Positions 26,100 through 34,966 of a stretch of DNA of 47,787 nucleotides are shown in pieces (position 1 is the stretch's first letter; each line of letters begins with the position of its first letter). The position numbers and the translations under genes were made by a program. The stretch spans positions 1-47,787 of the forward strand of contig JASUTF010000003.1 in NCBI GenBank assembly GCA_030445695.1, read 5' to 3'. Origin of the DNA: Candidatus Iainarchaeum sp. Lineage in GTDB: Archaea; Iainarchaeota; Iainarchaeia; JAADDC01. The notes beneath the pieces were generated by a model that was not told the DNA's origin, made no database searches, and worked only from the letters and a program-made list of their open reading frames with translations.

Positions 26100-26702
26100 A
26101 TGGCAGAAGAGCTGAAAGAGTGGGGCATAAACCCACACGCCAACGAAACGCACGCCAAAATAACGGCATGGGTGAGTGAAACGGACCACAGAACAGGAGA
26201 GATGCAGATATTTGCACTAAGCGTGCTGAGCAAAGAGACAGTGAGACACGAAGGGGTTCACCGCGCTCACATTCTAAACACGCATGCACCAACGCCAGAG
26301 ATGCGGAAAAAGCTCCGTGGGAAATACATGGCCGGAGAGGACGTGCCCAGGGATTTTGAGGCAATATCTGAGGCGCTGGCAGGGCTCGCAGAAAGGAATA
26401 TCAGATACAAAAACCAGCTAGTGAGGACGTTGGACATGATATACAAGGCGGGGAGGGGCGGCAAATTCCTTCATGCTGTCCGCAAGAGAGTATTGCACCT
26501 ATGGGAATATCTTGACAAAAAGAACGTTCCGCACGAAGAGAAGAGATGGGCAATCATGCAAGCGCTCTACCACTCCAAGAACCTGCGAGAACTGAACGAG
26601 AATATCGAGGCGGTAAAGATTTGGGCAGAGTTAAAGAAGTCAGGGATCAGGACGAGCGTAAGAGAAGCTCTGGCAATGAAGCGGTTGGGAAGGTGGAAGT
26701 AG
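26100..26702 (+). CDS. hypothetical helical protein
   Basis: ATG 26100 (MAEELKEWGINPH...) within track ORF 26046-26702. No motif recognised. Confidence 0.5.
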   Translation: MAEELKEWGINPHANETHAKITAWVSETDHRTGEMQIFALSVLSKETVRHEGVHRAHILNTHAPTPEMRKKLRGKYMAGEDVPRDFEAISEALAGLAERNIRYKNQLVRTLDMIYKAGRGGKFLHAVRKRVLHLWEYLDKKNVPHEEKRWAIMQALYHSKNLRELNENIEAVKIWAELKKSGIRTSVREALAMKRLGRWK

Positions 26703-26742
26703 CAAAAGAAATCCACTTAAACGCTCGCTTCGTTTTCTACCC

Positions 26743-29184
26743 GTGGAACGCTGGTGGGCAGAGAACGTAAGGACCGTGGAGATAGCGCTTGAAACGGACG
26801 CAGAACGAGGGCTGACAGAAGAGGAGGCAAAGAAGCGTCTGGAACGGTATGGAGAGAACAAGATTGAGCGAGAGAAGAAGGTATCTCCTCTTGTTATTTT
26901 CGCCCGCCAATTCCAGGACCCCCTCGTATACATACTGCTGGTTGCCGCGGGCATAAGTGCATTTCTGGGAGAATTTACGGACTTTCTTCTTATCTCGATC
27001 ATTCTCGTATTTAACGCCATATTCGGATTTGTTCAGGAGTACAGGGCAGAGAAAGCCATAGAAGCGTTGAAGAAGATGACGACGCCGCGTGCAAAGGTTC
27101 TGAGAGACGGGAAGCTCGTGGAAATACCCGCAACGGAAGTGGTGCCCGGCGATGTGGTCATACTGGAGGAAGGGGACGCGGTTCCAGCAGATATTCGCCT
27201 CGTAGAGGCAAAGGGATTAACCATCGATGAGTCCCTGCTTACAGGGGAGTCCATTCCGGTCATAAAAACAGTGGAGGCCCTGCCTGAAGAAACGGCGCTT
27301 GCTGACCGGAAGAACATGGCATATATGGGCACCTTCGTCGTTAAGGGGCATGGAATGGGCATCGTCGTCGCCACGGGCATGAACACGGAGATGGGAAGAA
27401 TTGCCCACGAGATTGCAGTTTCCGAGGAGAAGAAGACGCACCTTGAAGAGGAGCTGGAACGTCTGGGTAGCTTCCTGACAAAGGCCATATTGGGTATTGT
27501 TGCGGTGACAGGAGGCATCATGCTGGCATACAATCCCACGATTCAGGGGGCGGCGAATGCACTGCTCACGTCCGTATCCCTTGCCGTCGCCGCCGTTCCA
27601 GAGGGGCTCCCCGCGGTCGTGACAATAACGCTGGCGTTGGGCGTCCGCCAGATGGCCAAAAGAAAGGCAATAGTCCGAAGGTTAAAGTCAGTGGAGACGC
27701 TGGGCAGCGTGGACGTCATATGCACGGACAAGACGGGGACACTGACATACAATAAAATGCGTGTCGTCGAAAAGTACGGCGATGAGGAAAAGATGGCTGA
27801 AATTGGCTACTTCTGTCACTCGCTGGACGAGAACGGAAATGGAGATCCGACAGAAGTCGCAATATTTGAATGGGCAAAGGAAAGGGGCCCGTTCGAAGGT
27901 AAGAAGGTAGACGAAATACCCTTTGACTCGGAACGGAAGAGGATGACTGTCATCGTGGAACGCGATGGAAAACAGTACGCCTACATGAAAGGTGCTCCAG
28001 AAATCGTCCTATCACTATGTTCCTTGAAAGCAGACGAGCGGAAAAAACTTGCGGAGAAGGCAGAAGCGTTAGCGTCAAAGGGCCTGCGTGTCCTTGCACT
28101 GGCGTGGAAGGAGTATGACGGGATAGACCCTGAAGGGAATATGCACTTCGCCGGATTCGTGGGCCTCCTTGACCCGCCCCGGGAAGACGCAATAAGAGCA
28201 ATGAAGACGGCCATGGAGGCAGGGATAAGAGTCATCATGATAACGGGAGATCACGCAAAGACAGCGGAGGCCATTGCAAGGACTATGGGACTGAAAGGGA
28301 GGACCATAACGGGAGCGGAACTGGATAGAATGAGCGACGAAGAACTGGACGAAATCATAGAGGAGGTTGCCGTTTTTGCCCGTGTCTCACCGCACCACAA
28401 GCCAAGAATCGTGGAGGCATTACAGAAAAGGGGCCACATCGTCGCTATGACAGGAGACGGGGTGAACGATGCAGTTGCGCTGAAGAGGGCAGACATTGGA
28501 GTGGCAATGGGCTCGGGAACGGAAGTGGCAAAGGAAGCGGCGGACATGATACTCATCGACGACTCATTCGCAACAATAGTGGCTGCAATAGAGGAGGGGC
28601 GGCGCATATTCAACAACATAAAATCCTTCGTCATATATCTGCTCTCCGCAAACATGGGGGAGGTCGTGGCAGTATTCTCCGGCTCGCTCTTCGGTTACGC
28701 GGTGTTGAAGCCGGCACAGCTGCTCTGGATGAACCTTCTGACAGACGGGCCGCCGGCACTGGCCATATCTGCGGACCCAGCGCCCGAAGACATCATGAAA
28801 AGACCACCGAGGAAGCGGGGCGAAGGTCTCCTGACGGAAAGGGACAAAAGAGTAAGAATCCTCCTCTTCGGTGCGATTTTGGGCCTTGGGATACTGGGCA
28901 TGTTCCTGGTGAACGCCCACGACATTGCACTGGCACAGGGGGCAGTACTAACGGGTTTCGTGGTGCTTGAACTCGTGCGACTGGACATCATACGCGAGGT
29001 GCCCCTCTGGAAGAACAAATACCTCGTCGCAACCGTGCTGGGCGTTCTGGTGCTACAGTTGCTGGTACTCTACACCCCTCTATCTTCAATACTCGGCGTA
29101 AAGGCCCTGACGCTGGAGGACTGGGGAGAGATAGCAGCATTCGCGGTGATCATCTACTTCCTCGCAAAGGTTATGAAGGTGTGA
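26743..29184 (+). CDS. P-type cation-transporting ATPase, type II (Ca2+-ATPase-like)
   Basis: 813 aa with TGES, ICTDKTGTLT, MITGDH and MTGDGVNDAVALKRADIGVAMG. The N-terminus (GLTEEEAKKRLERYGENKI) is typical of P2-type pumps. GTG start. Confidence 0.9.
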   Translation: MERWWAENVRTVEIALETDAERGLTEEEAKKRLERYGENKIEREKKVSPLVIFARQFQDPLVYILLVAAGISAFLGEFTDFLLISIILVFNAIFGFVQEYRAEKAIEALKKMTTPRAKVLRDGKLVEIPATEVVPGDVVILEEGDAVPADIRLVEAKGLTIDESLLTGESIPVIKTVEALPEETALADRKNMAYMGTFVVKGHGMGIVVATGMNTEMGRIAHEIAVSEEKKTHLEEELERLGSFLTKAILGIVAVTGGIMLAYNPTIQGAANALLTSVSLAVAAVPEGLPAVVTITLALGVRQMAKRKAIVRRLKSVETLGSVDVICTDKTGTLTYNKMRVVEKYGDEEKMAEIGYFCHSLDENGNGDPTEVAIFEWAKERGPFEGKKVDEIPFDSERKRMTVIVERDGKQYAYMKGAPEIVLSLCSLKADERKKLAEKAEALASKGLRVLALAWKEYDGIDPEGNMHFAGFVGLLDPPREDAIRAMKTAMEAGIRVIMITGDHAKTAEAIARTMGLKGRTITGAELDRMSDEELDEIIEEVAVFARVSPHHKPRIVEALQKRGHIVAMTGDGVNDAVALKRADIGVAMGSGTEVAKEAADMILIDDSFATIVAAIEEGRRIFNNIKSFVIYLLSANMGEVVAVFSGSLFGYAVLKPAQLLWMNLLTDGPPALAISADPAPEDIMKRPPRKRGEGLLTERDKRVRILLFGAILGLGILGMFLVNAHDIALAQGAVLTGFVVLELVRLDIIREVPLWKNKYLVATVLGVLVLQLLVLYTPLSSILGVKALTLEDWGEIAAFAVIIYFLAKVMKV

Positions 29185-29199
29185 TGACATAGTTTTTAC

Positions 29200-29556
29200 A
29201 TGCGTGGTTTCAATCCCTGGCTCATAGGTATGATCGTCGTGTTCGTGGGTGCGGTCCTGTTTATGACGCTGGCGCTCTACGGCATAATGGCGAAGAATGC
29301 AGCACCAAAGGCGATAGACGACTGCAGGACGCTCTGCATGAGGGCAAAAGCGGAATACGATCTTTCAAACGGGCCCTGCCTGTCGGACATATATCCCGAC
29401 AAGTGGAACGTGCCTGACTGGGTCTGCGACGTGGCTCACTCGCCAAGGCAGCCAGTGGATAACCTGCCCGAGAACCAGTGCTCCGCTTTCAGGGCTGGAA
29501 TGGCACACCACTTCGTAGAGGTAGACGAGAACTGCAACGTCATACGCATCATGTAG
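29200..29556 (+). CDS. Cys-rich secreted or membrane-anchored protein with a prepilin-like (class III) N-terminus
   Basis: The N-terminus MRGFNPWLIGMIVVFVGAVLF resembles the MRG[YI] / RRG[VF] N-termini of the pilin-like genes in this window. Six Cys residues in the mature part. It starts 16 nt after the ATPase stop. Confidence 0.55.
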   Translation: MRGFNPWLIGMIVVFVGAVLFMTLALYGIMAKNAAPKAIDDCRTLCMRAKAEYDLSNGPCLSDIYPDKWNVPDWVCDVAHSPRQPVDNLPENQCSAFRAGMAHHFVEVDENCNVIRIM

Positions 29557-29992
29557 GGCAGTTTCCCGGGTCCCCGTTCTTGAGCACTGAGAGCTCGGAT
29601 ACCTCCCTGCCGACCCAGACCGTTACTCTGTGGAGGTTACCGTCCAGAATGCCCGCATTGATTTCTACATATGCAAGATCCCTGGCGTCCAGGTAGCCGT
29701 CCCCGTCCCTGTCCCGGAGAATACCATAGGATACCACGTTCACGTCCATTCCGTCGACGTAGACCCTTGGCTCGAGGCGGAGGGTGCCCTGCAGCCCGTA
29801 GATGTAGATGTTGGTCTCGTTGCTGCCGGAATAAACGGACATTATGCAGAAGGAGCCGCGGGACGCGATCTGCTGGGAGGCCGTGACCCCCCTGCCCGCA
29901 GCCGTCTGCACAAGTGGATAGAGGGTGAAGACCGCGAGGGCTGCCACAACCACGGCAGCAGAGAAAAGGATGAGCTCTTCAACGGCGTTCAC
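29549..29992 (-). CDS. FlaF/FlaG-like (archaeal type IV pilin-related) protein with a DxDxDG calcium-binding-like loop
   Basis: Hydrophobic N-terminus (VEELILFSAAVVVAALAVFTLY), beta-sandwich pattern (NIYIYGLQGTLRLEPRVYVDGMDVNVV) and DRDGDGYLD at 29687-29713. Confidence 0.55.
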   Translation of the reverse strand: MNAVEELILFSAAVVVAALAVFTLYPLVQTAAGRGVTASQQIASRGSFCIMSVYSGSNETNIYIYGLQGTLRLEPRVYVDGMDVNVVSYGILRDRDGDGYLDARDLAYVEINAGILDGNLHRVTVWVGREVSELSVLKNGDPGNCPT

Positions 29993-30468
29993 GGCAGCAC
30001 CACCGTGTAGGGATCCGTGGCGGCACCGTTACCCGCCACCACCTTTACCTCCCACGAACCGGAGGCCGCCGGCCAGGGCGTGTTCACCTCCATGGTCTCG
30101 CCTGGATCCAAGACGTAATCGCCGATGTTCGAACAGTTTGCATCGCCGCAGACGTTGCAGAAGACGCTGCCGCCGTTGCAACTGCCCCTGTACCGCCCGT
30201 CTATGTAGACATCCATATCGTTAACGTCAAGCTTCGTTCTGCCCGTATTCTTCACGTAGACCCAGAGGTAGTTCCCGTCTGCCCCGCCATCCACGATATC
30301 GATCATTGTCTGCGTCTTCCCAACGGTGATCGCTGTTTTCTGCTCCATGGCGGTCTGGACGTTCTGGATCATCATGGTGATGGCTGTAACGGCAACAGAT
30401 ACCGCTACGAGCGCGCCTATGAAGAAGATCAGATTCGAAACAACTGTTGTGAAACCCCTCCGCACCAT
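29989..30468 (-). CDS. archaeal type IV prepilin / FlaF-FlaG-like protein
   Basis: MVRRGFTTVVSNLIFFIGALVAV is a class III signal peptide plus hydrophobic helix. LWVYVKNTGRTKLDVNDMDVYIDG is the FlaF/G-type beta-sandwich pattern. There is a 4-nt overlap with the next gene. Confidence 0.65.
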   Translation of the reverse strand: MVRRGFTTVVSNLIFFIGALVAVSVAVTAITMMIQNVQTAMEQKTAITVGKTQTMIDIVDGGADGNYLWVYVKNTGRTKLDVNDMDVYIDGRYRGSCNGGSVFCNVCGDANCSNIGDYVLDPGETMEVNTPWPAASGSWEVKVVAGNGAATDPYTVVLP

Positions 30469-30495
30469 TAACTAAACACCTCGGCGTATTTATTC

Positions 30496-31986
30496 CTACC
30501 CTCCATACGAGTACGCCTCCCGCGGACGCACTGACACGGATACACCGGGATCCTTCCTGCGCACCAGCAGGTGACCGGGATAGTAGGAGGAAACGAAGTA
30601 GTCCTCGCTGTATATGTCGCTCACGGCGTCCGCAGAAAGATAGCCAGGGAATATCATGAGTTCGTCAATGGTTCCGATAAAGGCCTGATTGGGATCAAAG
30701 CTTGACGGATCGGCAAGTGCATCCTGATCCTGGCCCACAACGAGGGATCCGCCATCAGTTATGGTGTTACCATCGGACAGCGTGTTGGTGTATACGAACG
30801 CTCCGTTATCGTAGAGCGATACGTTTCCGTCCGAACTCCTCCACACCGTCGCGAGCTGGTGCCACGTGCCGTCGTTAAAGGCAAGTTGGGGCCATCTGTA
30901 ATTTCCCGCAACATATATCCGCAAGCTCCTATAGTTCATAAGGGCAAAGTCGTTCGGAGTGGCCGAGGACGCGTAGGAGAGGGGGACGCCGCTGTTGTTT
31001 GTATCGTTCGTCTCCATCCAGAAGATAGCAGTGATTTGTGTAGAGGGGAAGCCGTTAAACGGGTAAACGATGCCGTAGCTATCCGTCCCACCGTCCAGGT
31101 AGATGGCCTTGCCCCTTATCCCCGAAACCCACTGGTGCCCGTAGAGGTTCATATCGTAGCCGTTTCCGCTGGCATCGTATGCCACGCTTCCGTTTCCCTC
31201 GTCGAAGGGCCAGTAAGCAACAAGGTTAAGGTCGTGGAGGAAAACGTCTGAAGGGGTATACGACGGGGTGGAATCGCAGGCATAGTACATGTAGGCGTAG
31301 TTTGAATCGCCAGCAGGAACATCCAGCCGAACCCAGATCCTCGACTGCCCGGAAACGTCCCAGTACTCCACCCAGAAGGGTATCTCCGTCAGCCCGTCGG
31401 GTCCCGTGAAGAGGATTTGCGAGGAAGACGCGGAAGAGTAGTCGAAGTTCCCGTCAAGGTCCACGGGGATCTGGAAGCCCGTCAGATTGCTGGCAGAAGG
31501 GTTCGACACGTAAACGAGGCGCCGATATTTACAGCCAGCGTGCCAGTTGTTCAGATCCGCCGAAAGGGCCGTAACGCCATACTCTCCAGCGGTAACAGAA
31601 ACCCTGTATGGCTTGAAGGGTATGGAGACGGAAACGTTGAGATCCTCGCCGGGCAGGAGCTTTCCGTCCGGATTCGACTCGTTACAGCCAAGTGTGCTGC
31701 ACGAACCAAAATATATACCATCTACAAAGACCCCGATCGAGTTCAGGTCGAGGGGGACATCGCCATTACGCAGGCGAAGCAGGAGTGTATTCTTATCGCC
31801 GTTCCACTCGTATCCAAGAAGTTCCACGCTTGTTTTTTTCTGCTGACTCTTCACGTATTCCCTGAACTGCTTTGCCTCCGAGATCCTGGCCGACTCCCGC
31901 ACACCCGATACAAACAGGACTGACGCGGCTGACACAACAACGACGAACATGATCAGCGATGCGATAACGGTGGCGTATCCCCTCAC
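30496..31986 (-). CDS. large prepilin-like surface protein: class III signal, FlaF/G-like domain, DUF2341-like domain and LamG/ConA-like lectin domain
   Basis: MRGYATVIASLIMFVVVVSAA. LLLRLRNGDVPLDLNSIGVFVDG. The DUF2341-like segment covers about aa 148-237 (YRRLVYVSNPSASNLTGFQIPVDLD...IPFWVEYWD...RIWVRLDVPAG...YAYMYY; nt about 31276-31545). The LamG_3-like segment covers about aa 250-462 (LVAYWPFDEGNGSVAYDASGNGYD...GTWHQLATVW...LYDNG...GTIDELMIF; nt about 30601-31239). Confidence 0.7.
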   Translation of the reverse strand: MRGYATVIASLIMFVVVVSAASVLFVSGVRESARISEAKQFREYVKSQQKKTSVELLGYEWNGDKNTLLLRLRNGDVPLDLNSIGVFVDGIYFGSCSTLGCNESNPDGKLLPGEDLNVSVSIPFKPYRVSVTAGEYGVTALSADLNNWHAGCKYRRLVYVSNPSASNLTGFQIPVDLDGNFDYSSASSSQILFTGPDGLTEIPFWVEYWDVSGQSRIWVRLDVPAGDSNYAYMYYACDSTPSYTPSDVFLHDLNLVAYWPFDEGNGSVAYDASGNGYDMNLYGHQWVSGIRGKAIYLDGGTDSYGIVYPFNGFPSTQITAIFWMETNDTNNSGVPLSYASSATPNDFALMNYRSLRIYVAGNYRWPQLAFNDGTWHQLATVWRSSDGNVSLYDNGAFVYTNTLSDGNTITDGGSLVVGQDQDALADPSSFDPNQAFIGTIDELMIFPGYLSADAVSDIYSEDYFVSSYYPGHLLVRRKDPGVSVSVRPREAYSYGG

Positions 31987-32036
31987 GAAAGAAAATGCAT
32001 CCGTGTGAATAAAAACATGAAAGACATTCTGTTACC

Positions 32037-32915
32037 ATGGGATGGAAGGAACTGGACGAGAACGTCTTCGTGTTATCGGGTTCTCCCAACACCGGAATGG
32101 TTGTGACGAACTCCATAGCCCTCGTTGTCGACCCGGGCCACGGGGACGGGCGGGCGAAAGGTATACATAACAAGATCGACTCATTGAACGCGTCGGCACG
32201 GTTCGCACTGCTCACGCACGGGCACATCGACCACATAGCCGAGTGCAGGGGATTTGACCGTGTCTTCACCCACCGCTGGGAAGTCGGCCTTGCGGAGAAT
32301 GCAACGATTCGCAACGCCCTTGAGTTCAACGTCCTGTCCACAAAGGGGTTCAAGTTCATCTCTGGAGATTCTGTCCACGTGACGGGCGCGTTCTGGTGGG
32401 GGGACGATGTTCTGGGCATCGAAGCGGTGGACACGCACGGTCATACGCCCGGGCACACTGCCTTCCGCTACAAGAACTACATCTTCGCCGGTGATGCGAT
32501 CTTCGGCGACCAGCTCATCAAAAAGGTGAAGATACTGTTCCACACAGACGTCTTTGAGGCGTTGGAGACGTTAAAACGACTGAATGGCAAGATAAAGGAC
32601 GATACTGTCCTGATTCCGGGGCACGGGCCGATCGTGGAAGGGGAGAAGGCCAGAGAACTGATAGAACTGAATATTGAAGCGATAAACAGAACGATACAAG
32701 ACCTCTGGAACGTAATGGACGAAGGAGGAACGCTGGAGGAGATAACGATTCGCCTGATGGAGTATTACGGGCTAAAAACGGAGCCGGAGTTCGTCCTGCT
32801 GGACATGACCCCGATAAGGTCCATCCTGTCAAAATGGCACGAAGAGGGAAAGGTAGAGGTAAAAACAGAAAAGAGGGGGCTTGTGTGGGCAAAGAAAACG
32901 GATAAAAAGGGGTAA
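32037..32915 (+). CDS. metallo-beta-lactamase-fold hydrolase
   Basis: LLTHGHIDHI (HxHxDH) and THGHTPGH. 292 aa. Confidence 0.8.
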   Translation: MGWKELDENVFVLSGSPNTGMVVTNSIALVVDPGHGDGRAKGIHNKIDSLNASARFALLTHGHIDHIAECRGFDRVFTHRWEVGLAENATIRNALEFNVLSTKGFKFISGDSVHVTGAFWWGDDVLGIEAVDTHGHTPGHTAFRYKNYIFAGDAIFGDQLIKKVKILFHTDVFEALETLKRLNGKIKDDTVLIPGHGPIVEGEKARELIELNIEAINRTIQDLWNVMDEGGTLEEITIRLMEYYGLKTEPEFVLLDMTPIRSILSKWHEEGKVEVKTEKRGLVWAKKTDKKG

Positions 32916-32935
32916 ACCAGTTCTTTACGATTGGC

Positions 32936-33493
32936 ATGGTAATCGGCATCAGATCGGGACGGGTGCGACTCAGACCTGTTCAAGAAGAGGACTTTGACTT
33001 TGTGTATAACCTTTGGTTCGATGCAGACACATATCGTAGGTCAAGCTGGCCGCCGTACAAGCCCATCAGCAAGGAAAAGTTCAAGGAGTGGTTCCTAGAG
33101 CGGTTCTTGCCAAAGGCAGAGAAGGGTGATGCACCCAGTGGAAACGCATACATCATAGAGGTGAATGGGAAGTCGGTAGGGCTTTGCGGGTTCCATGTTG
33201 ACTGGAAGCGCCTGGCGGCAGATATCTGGTACGAAATCACCCCTGAAGAAAGAGGAAAGGGTATCGGCAAAGAGGCGGTCAAGGCACTTGTAGAACACAT
33301 ATTTAAGGAATACCCTGTCGAGATCGTGGAAGCCGAAACACAGAGCGATAACGTCCCATCGATACGGCTCCTTGAATCTCTGGGATTCACAAGAACGGGA
33401 TACGACAAGTATGCATACATGGTAAAAGGGAGGTACAAATCATCGGTAAAGTACGGGATACGAAGAAAGAAGTGGGATAGATCACCCAAGTAA
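32936..33493 (+). CDS. GNAT family N-acetyltransferase (RimJ/RimL-like)
   Basis: RLRPVQEEDFDFVYNLW and ERGKGIGKEAVKALVEHIF (Q/RxxGxG/A-type motif). 185 aa. Confidence 0.75.
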   Translation: MVIGIRSGRVRLRPVQEEDFDFVYNLWFDADTYRRSSWPPYKPISKEKFKEWFLERFLPKAEKGDAPSGNAYIIEVNGKSVGLCGFHVDWKRLAADIWYEITPEERGKGIGKEAVKALVEHIFKEYPVEIVEAETQSDNVPSIRLLESLGFTRTGYDKYAYMVKGRYKSSVKYGIRRKKWDRSPK

Positions 33494-34708
33494 TCTCTTT
33501 GCCGCGTCGCCGATGAACTCGCGGAACTTCAGGGCCAGAGATGGCCTCTCCTTCAACGCCTTCAGTGCTATCGCCTTGATTCTATCCACATCGCCGCGGG
33601 AAATGGCCAAAATGTCTTCATCGCTGAGGATCTCCGCGAAGTAGTTGAAGTCGTCGTCGCTGAGGCGTTCGAAGGCATACCTCATCTTCAATGCGTTCTC
33701 CAGCTCGTGTCCGCGGATCTCCCACCAGCGTTTATTGTATTCGTCCAGTGTTCTATCGCTGAAGTCGTTCCGCTCGAAGGCCTTGGCAGCAACCTCCGCG
33801 GCAAGCCCTGCCGCCTCCATGGCTAAGGCCATGCCGCCGCCGTGAAGTGGATGCACCTGATGCGCCGCGTCACCGATCACCATGAGCCCATCCATGGTCA
33901 TCTTCTTCAGGAAACCGCCCACGGGGATGCCACCGCCGCGCACCTCAATGATAGAAGCGTCTTCAAAGCCGTATTCCTCCTTGTGCGCCTCAATCCACTT
34001 GTCGAGGTAGTATTTGGCCGTCCTGTCCAGACGCGCGTCTATACCGATGCCTACATTGGCAGTATCCTTGTCCTTGGGGAATATCCAGACATAGCCCCTC
34101 GGCGCCACGTCCGTTCCGAAGAAGAGGTGTATCGCGTCTGCATCAATGTTCAGACCCGTCATGACGTACTCGAAGCCTGAATCCGTGTGGTATGCCGCCT
34201 GGAGCGTCTGGAGCCCCGCCTTCCTTGCTATGAGCGACTCAAAACCATCGGCGGCTATAACCAAGGGCGCGTAAAACTCTCTTTCCTCGCCGAGGAAGCG
34301 AGCACGGACGCCGACGACCTTGTTCCCTTCCTTGATAACGTCGTAGACATCGTGGCGCGCAAGGACCGTGGCACCCTTTCGCGTGGCTGCCTTTGCCATC
34401 TCCTTTTCCATCATGGTCCTCTCGACGACGTAGCCGTCGCCGGGGACGTAAACGTTATCGCCATTTGGTGCGTAGAGGTATGCTCCGTGCACCAGCCAGC
34501 CCTTCCACTTCTCGGAGTCGGGAAGGCCGTTTTCAACGAGCATATTCACCGTATCGATTCCCAAACCCTCCGCACAGCGAACGGGGGAGCCAATCTCCTG
34601 CTTCTTGTCCAGAACGAGGACCTTAAGCCCCTTTTCGGCGGCTTTCATGGCAAAGAACAGGCCGCCGGGGCCACCGCCAACGACTATGACGTCCCAGTCC
34701 TTACGCAT
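33482..34708 (-). CDS. geranylgeranyl reductase family flavoprotein (digeranylgeranylglycerophospholipid reductase-like)
   Basis: WDVIVVGGGPGGLFFAMKAAEKGLKVLVLDKK (FAD GxGxxG), GDAAHQVHPLHGGG. 408 aa. Confidence 0.85.
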   Translation of the reverse strand: MRKDWDVIVVGGGPGGLFFAMKAAEKGLKVLVLDKKQEIGSPVRCAEGLGIDTVNMLVENGLPDSEKWKGWLVHGAYLYAPNGDNVYVPGDGYVVERTMMEKEMAKAATRKGATVLARHDVYDVIKEGNKVVGVRARFLGEEREFYAPLVIAADGFESLIARKAGLQTLQAAYHTDSGFEYVMTGLNIDADAIHLFFGTDVAPRGYVWIFPKDKDTANVGIGIDARLDRTAKYYLDKWIEAHKEEYGFEDASIIEVRGGGIPVGGFLKKMTMDGLMVIGDAAHQVHPLHGGGMALAMEAAGLAAEVAAKAFERNDFSDRTLDEYNKRWWEIRGHELENALKMRYAFERLSDDDFNYFAEILSDEDILAISRGDVDRIKAIALKALKERPSLALKFREFIGDAAKRLLG

Positions 34709-34916
34709 CTCTCTTCGCCTCCAGAACTATCTTTTTCAGCTGAAGAGCACCGACCGGGCAACCCTTGACACAGATACCACACCCCGTGCATTTTTCTACG
34801 TCAATCTCAATGCCTCTCTCCGTCAGGCGAATGGCAGCGACGGGGCAGACACCAACGCACAGACCGCATTGAATGCACCGCTCGCCAATCCAGACCGCAA
34901 CGGTTTTTTCAGGCAT
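34701..34916 (-). CDS. 2x[4Fe-4S] ferredoxin, probable electron donor for the downstream reductase
   Basis: Internal ATG 34916 gives a 71-aa protein with CIQCGLCVGVCP and CTGCGICVKGCP. There is an 8-nt overlap with the reductase gene. The track ORF extends to 35093 with an implausible N-terminal extension. Confidence 0.8.
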   Translation of the reverse strand: MPEKTVAVWIGERCIQCGLCVGVCPVAAIRLTERGIEIDVEKCTGCGICVKGCPVGALQLKKIVLEAKRDA

Positions 34917-34966
34917 GAAGAGATTGGAGCAAAAAACTTTATAAAGCAGAACAACGTTCTTGTTTC

